From assembly GCF_006345805.1 (NCBI RefSeq), contig NC_043021.1:18910001-18974000 (forward strand): a DNA stretch of 64,000 nucleotides, in the 5' to 3' direction. The notes below the pieces were generated by a model. That model had not been told where the DNA came from. It was given only the letters and a program-made list of their open reading frames with translations, and ran no database searches. The position numbers were made by a program, and so were the translations under genes. Numbering within the stretch: position 1 is the stretch's first letter; each line of letters begins with the position of its first letter. The stretch comes from Octopus sinensis (lineage: Eukaryota). Positions 54,653 through 64,000 of the stretch are shown piece after piece.

Positions 54653-55548
54653 TTTGAAGATTAAAATTTTTCAGGTTAAACAAGTTTGAAAAATGGGGTC
54701 TTGTGTTTGAAGATTAAAATTTTTCAGGTTAAACAAGTTTGAAAAATGGGGCCTTGTGTTTGAAGATTAAAATTTTTCAGGTTAAACAAGTTTGAAAAAT
54801 GGGGCCTTGTGTTTGAAGATTAAAATTTTCAGGTTAAACAAGTTTGAAAAATGGGGTCTTGTGTTGAAGATTAAAATTTTCAGGTTAAACAAGTTTGAAA
54901 AATGGGGTCTTGTGTTTGAAGATTAAAATTTTCAGGTTAAACAAGTTTGAAAAATGGGGCCTTGTGTTTGAAGATTAAAATTTTTCAGGTTAAACAAGTT
55001 TGAAAAATGGGGCCTTGTGTTTGAAGATTAAAATTTTTCAGGTTAAACAAGTTTGAAAAAATGGGGTCTTGTGTTGAAGATTAAAATTTTTCAGGTTAAA
55101 CAAGTTTGAAAAATGGGGCCTTGTGTTTGAAGATTAAAATTTTTCAGGTTAAACAAGTTTGAAAAATGGGGTCTTGTGTTTGAAGATTAAAATTTTTCAG
55201 GTTAAACAAGTTTGAAAAATGGGGTCTTGTGTTTGAAGATTAAAATTTTTCAGGTTAAACAAGTTTGAAAAATGGGGCCTTGTGTTTGAAGATTAAAATT
55301 TTTCAGGTTAAACAAGTTTGAAAAATGGGGTCTTGTGTTTGAAGATTAAAATTTTTCAGGTTAAACAAGTTTGAAAAATGGGGTCTTGTGTTTGAAGATT
55401 AAAATTTTTCAGGTTAAACAAGTTTGAAAAATGGGGTCTTGTGTTTGAAGATTAAAATTTTTCAGGTTAAACAAGTTTGAAAAATGGGGTCTTGTGTTTG
55501 AAGATTAAAATTTTTCAGGTTAAACAAGTTTGAAAAATGGGGCCTTGT
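54653..55548. repeat. 53-bp minisatellite, about 17 near-identical copies
   Basis: Unit TGTGTTTGAAGATTAAAATTTTTCAGGTTAAACAAGTTTGAAAAATGGGG(T/C)CT. Confidence 0.97.
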
Positions 55549-56399
55549 GACAGTTGTAGTTCTGTATAGTTCGTGTTCGTCTGTCAAAGTGATGAGGAGC
55601 GTTTAGTCATCTGATGATGACTAAAGACTGATGAGTTATGCAGTGACTTTGTTTTAAGTAAAGAGGAGTTATGCACCATCAACCTCACTTTCTTGTCCAT
55701 GATCATTTTCAGTTCAGTGCCAAGACCAAGTCAAGACAACTGGAGATGGAGAAAGACACAGTGGATGATCACGATGTGTTACTTGCTCCATCTTGCTCTT
55801 TTTATTAATATATCTTGCCTCAGCATCCTTCCCCTCCGTTCAACCAGGAAGGTTTCTTCTGTAGACACTACTAGATCCAGTCTTCACATGCGTAGGCAGG
55901 CAAGCCTATATATGCTAATTAACTTATGGTTGGGGCTTTCACAGCTACTACTACTCTGGGTCCCTTTTCTACTCTAGGCACAAGACCTGAAATTTTTGAG
56001 TGGGTGGGGGGAGTCAATTAAATCAACTCCAGTATGCAACTGGTACTTAATTTATCGACCCCGAAAGGATGAAAGGCAAAATGACCTCTGAATTCAAATT
56101 CCACCGAGGTCGACTTTGCCTTTCATCCTTTCAGGGGTCAATAAATTAAGTACCAGTTGCGTACTGGGGGGTTGATCTAATTGACTGGCTCCCTTCCCCA
56201 AAAACTTTGGGCCTTGTGCCTGGAGTAGAAAATAATAACTGAGAAGTGGTTCCATATTCCTCAAAAAAGAAAAAAAAAAAAGGCTGGAATTCCTGAACTA
56301 GGGCCCTTACTACTGGATGCAGTTTAAAGTTGTATTTAGGATGATGGTGATTATCGCAAGAATATCATTTGAGAAATGTTGAGCCTACTAACATATAAG

Positions 56400-56850
56400 A
56401 AGCATGGCTATCAAAACCAGGAAATAATTATTAAACTGTTATTGATGGTCAATTCTATGGAAGGGAATCATAGACACAAACAAAAGTAAAATGAAATGGA
56501 ATCCGTGCCAACATGGAAGCTAGGCATTAGATGAGAGCGATTAGGTTGATGATGATCATTAGTAGTCTTTGAGATGTAGGCATAAAGAAAACTTTGGAGA
56601 ATCTCATGGACAGAACACAAAACTAAGAATGGCGAAACAAAGAATATTTTATTAGACACCAGTAAAGAGAGAAAATTCAAATATTTTGGACACTTAATTA
56701 GAAAGAAAGAAAAATAGAAAAAAAAATGAATGAATTATGGATTCTGTGAGGAGAAAGCAGAGTAGTAAATGGGAAAAATGAAAGAAGAAAGCCAAGAATT
56801 ACATACGTGATTGTTAACAAGAATTGGACTGACTTGCAGACTTAGGCCTG
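56400..56850 (+). pseudogene. Old RTE/BovB-like RT C-terminal remnant
   Basis: Peptide remnants FEM*..RKLWRISWTEHKT, LLDTSKERKFKYFGHLIRK and RRKPRITY. Confidence 0.65.
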
Positions 56851-57602
56851 GCTGGAGGCCCAACTTTTTGAGTTCTTTTACAGGGCTTAGAAAAACTGAA
56901 GGACCACTGCAATTAGTGTGTGAACCTGAGAAGGGAAATATGTTGAATAAAATCATTATTAACTGATCCTCCTGAATTTTCTTTTATCCAAAGCCAGGAA
57001 CTTTTCAGCACCCCTTCGTGTATATATATATATCGTCATCATCATCGTTTAACATTTGTTTTCCATGCTAGCATGGGTTGGACGGTTCGACCGGAGTCTG
57101 GGAAGAGAGGAGGCTGCACCAGGCTCCAGTCTGATCTGGCAGTGTTTCTACAGCTGGATGCCCTTCCTAACGCCAACCACTCTGTGAGTGTAGTGGGTGC
57201 TTTTTACATGCCACTGGCATAGGGGCCAGAGGAGGCAGGCAAACGGCCACAATCGGTTGGTGCTTTTACATGTCACCAACACAGACGCCAGTCAGGCGGT
57301 GCTGGCATCTGCCACGTTCGAACGGTGCTTTTCTTTTAACATGTCACCGGCACAGGTGTCTTATATATATAGATTTTATATATAGAGATGAGAGATAGAT
57401 ATTCTCTGTATAGAATACGCTTCATAGTCCTCAAGATATCAGGAATTAAAGGGTTGAATAAAAGTTTTAATTCCTGATACCATTTTTATTCTGTGTAAGT
57501 TGGACCTTTTTATATGTAAACATATGTACATTTTTTTTGTATTAAATATATTTAATATTTTTTGGCATATCAACTTGCCTAACTTACTTATCCTTAAATT
57601 TA

Positions 57603-57679
<77 letters not shown>

Positions 57680-58030
57680 GAGGCGCAATGGCCCAGTGGT
57701 TAGGGCAGTGGACTCGCAGTTTCGATTCCCAGACCGGGTGTTATGAGTGTTTATTGAGCGAAAACACCTAAAAGCTCCACGAGGCTCCGGCAGTGGGTGG
57801 TGGCGATCCCTGCTGTACTCTTTCGCCACAACTTTCTCTCACTCTTTCTTCTGTTGGCCTGCTCGATTAGCCAGCAGGGTGGTGTCATTCGAAGCTAAAA
57901 CAATGCGAAAGCATTGTGACCATCTGATCGTCTGGTCGGTCACGTGAGATATATATATATATATATATATTACGGAGATGTACTTGCATAGCAAGTGACT
58001 TGATCTGAGATCATCTGCTGCAACAAAAAC

Positions 58031-58771
58031 AATTGCAGCGTGGAAGATGTTCATAAACCATATAGGAACACACAAAAAAAAACCCATTAGATTCACTTCA
58101 ACATTTAAATTTAATTTGTGTCAAAATATTTTCATCGCTTTGAAACTATGAACTGTTCATTCACAAAACTTTGTGTTGCATCTGAGAGTGTTATATGTGT
58201 ATTACATGCATATTTGTTACTCTCACCACTATGTAACGGTGAATAGGTACAATGTCTTAGATATATACCTGCAAATATGCATCATCATTGTTTAGCGTCC
58301 GCTTTCCATGCTGGTATGGGTTGGACAGTGCAACTGGAGTCTGGGAAGCCAGAAGGCTGCACCAGGCTCCAGTCTGATCTGGCAATGTTTCTACGGCTGG
58401 ATGCCCTTCCTAATGCCAACCACTCCATGAGTGTAGTGGGTGCTTTTTACATGCCACCGGCACAGGTGCCAGACGAGGCTGGCAAACGGCCACGATCGGA
58501 TGGTGCTTTTTACGTGCCACCGGCACGGAGGCCAGGCATGGCTGGCAAACGGCACTGGCAATGGCCACGTTCGGATGGTTCTCTTATGTGCCGCATGTGA
58601 TACACATATAAACATTCTCAGATGCAGCACAAAGTTTTGTCATTGAATAGGTCGCGGTTTCAAAGCACCAAAAATATTTTGACACAAATTAAATTAAAAT
58701 AATGATGCGAATCTAACAGGGGGTTTTTTTGTGTTCTTAAATGGCTTATAAACATCTTCCATGCTGCAATT
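58031..58771. mobile_element. Old long-TIR MITE-like element enclosing an RTE tail
   Basis: About 115-bp diverged inverted repeats at 58031-58146 and 58657-58771; no TSD identified. Confidence 0.5.
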
Positions 58772-58784
58772 GCGTATGTGTGTA

Positions 58785-59290
58785 TTTATGCTGGTTCTGT
58801 GGAGGGCATTTGTACTCAGCTGTCTGGAATACTACTCTCAACTGTAGTTACCCCACAGTATCAAATTTGTAGCAGAACTTGAAGCAGTTCGGTGTTGCTA
58901 CGCCAGGAAGACTGCACCGATGGAACAGCTGAGCTACTGGAGAGAGACTGAAAGAGCTATGTCTCTACTCCATGGAGAGAAGACAGGAGAAGCATGCAGT
59001 GATGTGTGTATGAAAGATCCTGGAGGGGTCAGCACCAAACTTTAGCATCAAGGGCTATATCTACCCCCAAACTGGATGCCATTCCACTGTTCCAAAGGTT
59101 CCAGCTATTCCGTCTAGAACGAGGATCATGTAGTGCAGTAACTTGGGATTCAAGGCCTCACAGCTATTTAATGCCTTGCCAAAATATCAAATTTTCATGA
59201 AGTAGGGGTTGATGCTTTCAAGAGACAACTTGATCTGCTGTCCAAGGTCCCATGTGAACCTATATCCCAGCAAGAAACTCAAAAGAGGGC
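58785..59290 (+). pseudogene. CR1-clade LINE ORF2 C-terminal remnant
   Basis: Peptides LWRAFVLSCLEYYSQL, ELEAV, LSYWERLKELCLYSMERRQ, SQLFNALP and DAFKRQLD, with frameshifts. Confidence 0.82.
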
Positions 59291-59423
59291 AGCTGTATTG
59301 ACCTCGCTCCTTCACCAAAAGCTATTCGTACAAGAATGGCCACTGATAAGGTGATTATATTGGTGGTGCTCCAGCATGGCCACAGCCTTTGGACTGAAAC
59401 ATATTTAAGAAATAAAAAACAAG

Positions 59424-60817
59424 TGGTTGTGTGGTAAGAAGCTTGTTTCCCAACCACATGGTTCCGGGTTCAATCCCATTGTGTAGCGTCTTGGGCAAGT
59501 GTCTTCTACTATAGCCTCAGGCCAACCAAAGTCTTGTGAGTGGATTTGGTAGACAGAAACTGAAAGATGCCTGTTGTGTGTGTGTGTGTGTATAATGTAT
59601 GTATATATATATATATATGTATGTGTTTATATGTATGCCTCTTTGCCCCCCTCCCGTCACTGCTTGACAACCAATGCTGGTGTGTTTATGCCCTCATAAC
59701 CTAGCAGTTCAGCATAAGAGACTGATAGAATAAGTACTAAGCCTACAAAGTACCAGCCCTGGGTCGATTTCTTTAACTAAAATCCCTTAAGGTGGTGCTC
59801 CAGCATGGCCACAGTCAAATGACTGAAACCAGTAAAAGAAAAAAAGAATGTGTGTGTGTATCTCTATATGTAGAGAAACACACACACACACATATTTATA
59901 TGTTTGTATATATATAGGCGCAGGAGTGGCTGTGTGGTAAGTAGCTTGCTTACCAACCACATGGTTCCGGGTTCAGTCCTACTGCGTGGCATCTTGGGCA
60001 AGTGTCTTCTGCTATAGCCCCGGGCCGACCAATGCCTTGTGAGTGGATTGGTAGACAGAAACTGAAAGATGCCTGTTGTGTGTGTGTGTGTGTATAATGT
60101 ATGTATATATATATATATATGTATGTGTTTATATGTATGCCTCTTTGCCCCCCTCCCGTCACTGCTTGACAACCAATGCTGGTGTGTTTATGCCTCATAA
60201 CCTAGCAGTTCAGCATAAGAGACTGATAGAATAAGTACTAAGCCTACAAAGTACCAGCCCTGGGTCGATTTCTTTAACTAAAATCCCTTAAGGTGGTGCT
60301 CCAGCATGGCCACAGTCAAATGACTGAAACCAGTAAAAGAAAAAAAGAATGTGTGTGTGTATCTCTATATGTAGAGAAACACACACACACACATATTTAT
60401 ATGTTTGTATATATATAGGCGCAGGAGTGGCTGTGTGGTAAGTAGCTTGCTTACCAACCACATGGTTCCGGGTTCAGTCCTACTGCGTGGCATCTTGGGC
60501 AAGTGTCTTCTGCTATAGCCCCGGGCCGACCAATGCCTTGTGAGTGGATTTGGTAGACGGAAACTGAAAGAAGGCTGTCGTATATATGTGTATATATATA
60601 TATATGTATGTGTGTTTGTGTGTCTGTGTTTGTCCCCCTAGCATTGCTTGACAACCGATGCTGGTGTGTTTACGTCCCCGTCACTTAGCGGTTTGGCAAA
60701 AGAGACCGATAGAATAAGTACTGGGCTTACAAAGAATAAGTCCCGGGGTTGATTTGCTCGACTAAAGGTGGTGCTCCAGTATGGCCGCAGTCAAATGACT
60801 GAAACAAGTAAAAGAGT
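59424..60817 (+). repeat. About 502-bp tandem duplication bounded by three family-A SINEs
   Basis: TGAAAGATGCCTG at 59561 and 60063; the middle SINE has its 5' half from the right-hand copy and its 3' half from the left-hand copy. Confidence 0.9.
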
Positions 60818-61200
60818 ATATATACACATACATACACATACACACACATACACACACACACACATACACACGCACACATGCATACACACACAGTGAGAAG
60901 AAGAGAGAGAAAGAGAACCTGGCCATGGATGAGAACAGCTCACCAAGGTTTGTTTGAGTGGTTTTTTTTTTATGACACAGTGACACAGTGCTCGCTGACA
61001 TATATGACATATATTATTGAGAGATGACCTGTGATACACGGGGGGGGGGGGTAACTGGAATTTTGACACATGGTGATGAGTTGACGCTCTCCCACACCCC
61101 ATCCCCTATGACACACAGCTGACCTGTGACAGACAGATAGTTGACCCTTGACATAGATTGGAATAAATTACTGTTTAAATGCATCAGCATCTGGACAGTT

Positions 61201-61242
<42 letters not shown>

Positions 61243-61415
61243 GAGCACCGCCTCTAGTCAAACAAATCGACCCCAGGACTTATTCTTTGTAACCCTAGTA
61301 CTTATTCCACCAGTCACTTTTGCTGAACTGCTAAGTTACGGGAATGTAAACACACCAACATCAGTTGCCAAGTGATGGTTGGCGGGGACACACACACAGA
61401 AACAGACACACACAT

Positions 61416-61459
<44 letters not shown>

Positions 61460-61699
61460 GACAGGCTTCCTTCAGTTTCTGTCTACTAAATCCACTCACA
61501 AGTCTTTGGTTGGCCTGAGGCTATAGTAAACGGCACTTGCCCAAAGTGTCACGCCGTGGGACTGAACCTGGAACCATGTGGTTGAAAAGCAAGTTACTTA
61601 CCACAACATGACATTTTTATCATTCTGCCAGAAATTTTGAAATGACATGCTATCTTGCTTGGCATTCATGCCGGAAGCTCCAATATGAACATTTCAGAG

Positions 61700-62320
61700 T
61701 GTTTGAGTATGAATCTGAGGACAGTGCAATTTCAGGACACGTACCAAGAGTGATAAAAATCAAGCATTCAATCAACATAATGGTGTTTGGAGTGATCACT
61801 AGTGATGGTGGCGTTATGCCTCCATTCATCTTCCCACATGGCCACAGAATCAACATGAAGGCCTGTATCAAGTGCCTGGAGGAGGTAGTGTTGCCCTGGG
61901 TCAAGAGGGTGGCTGTTGGAAGACCCTATGTCTGATAACAAGACTCTACACCAGTGCTTTTCAAACTTTTGCTGGAGCGGAACCCCAAGGAAACGTTCCA
62001 CTGACTCGAGGAACCCCTGTGCAATAATTTAATAGTCTTATGCACACAAATCTGTACAGGAGAATTAAAAATTACTGCCGATTTTAGCAGTTTTGTAACT
62101 TCTTGCGGAACCCCTGGACTGTACTGGCAGAACCCTAAGGTTCCGCGGAACCCTGGTTGAAAACCACTGCTCTACACCATGCCACACATGCAGGAGAACC
62201 CAGTCATGGATGTCAAACAATTTCTGTGACCACATCACCCCTAATATCTGGCCATCTAACTCCCCAGATTGCAACCCCCTTGATTATTATGTGTGGGTCA
62301 CAGTTGAGCAAGAGACCAAC
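61700..62320 (+). pseudogene. maT-family (DD37D) Tc1/mariner transposase remnant
   Basis: IMVFGVITSDG...RPYV*QDS and, after removing the hAT insertion, QDSTPCHTCRRTQSWMSNNFCDHITPNIWPSNSPDCNPLDY: 37 residues between the second and third catalytic D. Confidence 0.88.
61952..62169. mobile_element. hAT MITE (218 bp) inserted in the maT transposase
   Basis: TIRs CAGTGCTTTTCAAAC / GTTGAAAACCACTG; perfect 8-bp TSD CTCTACAC at 61944-61951 and 62170-62177; GGAACCC subterminal repeats. Confidence 0.92.
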
Positions 62321-62735
62321 AATGTCAGTTTTAGAGAGATCTTGTTTTCTGAGATCGTTTCTCCCCTTTCAAGTGAAACTGCTTCTAATTTTCATTTAGT
62401 AATTATGGCACATCATCTAGAGGTGGAGATAATCTTAGTAAATCAAGAATTTATATTGTATGGTATTTGATATACCCATGTCTATGTATGCATGTATATA
62501 TGTATGCACGTATGTATGTAGCTGTCTATCCTTACACTCTTACTCACACACATACGCACAAACACACATGCCTATGTATAAGCATTCTATGTGCACCTGT
62601 AAATATACATACACATATGTATACACACCAGCATACACACATGTAAAGAGAAACATGTTCCACCACCTCCACCATGCTAAATGTTTTCTTCGGTTCTTCA
62701 CATGTTTGCCTTACATGTTGCACTCTGGGTGTGTG

Positions 62736-62786
<51 letters not shown>

Positions 62787-63021
62787 TGGCATATATGTAG
62801 GCATGTAACAGAAAATTGTATAAATCTTTTTGTTTTTGCTACAAGAACAGGTGATGGGAGAAGAGGAGGTGTAGAGGGAAGCCTGAAGAGGACGGATGAG
62901 TAATAAAGAATGAGAGATGAGGGATATGGGTGGGTGTGTGTGTGTGTGTATGTGTGTGCATGTGTCTTTATAAATATCCGTGTCTATCAGTCTGTATGTA
63001 TGTGTCAGTGTGTATGTGTGC

Positions 63022-63065
<44 letters not shown>

Positions 63066-63087
63066 ACACACACACATACACATATAT

Positions 63088-63245
63088 ATAGACAGACAGA
63101 CAGATAGATAGATACATAGATAGATAGATAGATAGACATATATAGACAGGCAGACAAATAGATAGAGAGATAGACAAATAGATAGATACATACATACATA
63201 CATAGATACATAGGTAGATAGATAGACTGACAGACTGATCGATTG
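63088..63245. repeat. (GATA/GACA)n microsatellite
   Basis: Direct reading. Confidence 0.9.
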
Positions 63246-64000
63246 ATCAATCATCACTTGACATCCGTCTTCAGTACTGGAATGGGCGGATTGATTGGTA
63301 TGACTGGAATTAGTGAGCCAGAGGACTGTTCCAAACTCTACGGATTGCTTTGGCATGCTTTCCGTGGCTGAGTTCCCTTCCTAACACCAACCACTTTACA
63401 GAATGTATTGAGTGCTCTTTTACACATCAACAGCACCGGCGGGTTCACTAAATTATTTGCAAGTGAAAAACCTTTCAACAGAGGTGGGGTTAGCATTGAC
63501 AGAGGGCATTTGTGCCAAGTGATGGGACGAGAGAGTATGAACAGAGGGACAGAAACAGGTGTCTTAGAGTAGACAAATTTGTACTCTACAGAATTATTGA
63601 GTAACCCTATCAGATTAATGTGAAATTGTTTTTATCATAACTCTCTCTCTTTTACTCTTTTACTTGTTTCAGTCATTTGACTGCGGCCATGCTGGAGCAC
63701 CGCCTTTAGTCGAGCAAATCAACCCGGGACTTATTCTTTGTAAGCCCAGTACTTAGTCTATCGGTCTCTTTTGCCGAACCACTAAGTGAAAGGGACGTAA
63801 ACACACCAGCTAGGGGGACAACACAGACACACAACCCCCCCACACACACACACATATATATAAATACATATATACGACAGGCTTCTTTCAGTTTCCGTCT
63901 ACCAAATCCACTCACAAGGCATTAGTCGGCCCGGGGCTATAGCAGAAGACACTTGCCCAAGATGCCACACAGTGGGACTGAACCCGGAACCATGTGGTTG

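Noticed and set aside
54653-55548. CRISPR-like regular repeat
   Set aside because: Head-to-tail units with no unique spacers, eukaryotic context, no cas genes.

Overview
AT-rich, repeat-dense eukaryotic DNA, most likely intronic or intergenic sequence from an octopus (coleoid cephalopod). The species call is inferred from the tRNA-derived SINE families, RTE tails and dense microsatellites, not from a database match. No long ORF encodes a recognisable host protein: most ORF-track entries are microsatellite or SINE read-through. Supported content: several tRNA-derived SINE families; decayed non-LTR retrotransposon fragments (RTE, CR1, R4/Dong, Penelope-like with degenerate hammerhead motifs); decayed DNA transposons and MITEs (hAT with 8-bp TSDs, piggyBac with TTAA TSDs, mariner, maT DD37D, pogo); three minisatellites; very long (TA)n and triplet tracts; and several tandem duplications. 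A few splice-signal-bounded segments and a CCAAT-box cluster near 1.2 kb may belong to a host gene that I could not assemble or name. The most unusual observations are two tandem duplications with chimeric SINEs at their junctions, an exact 821-bp repeat inside a triplet tract, and five fold-back palindromes that each abut (TA)n. I found no evidence of a new multi-gene system. Coordinates of repeat fragments are approximate unless TSDs are given.
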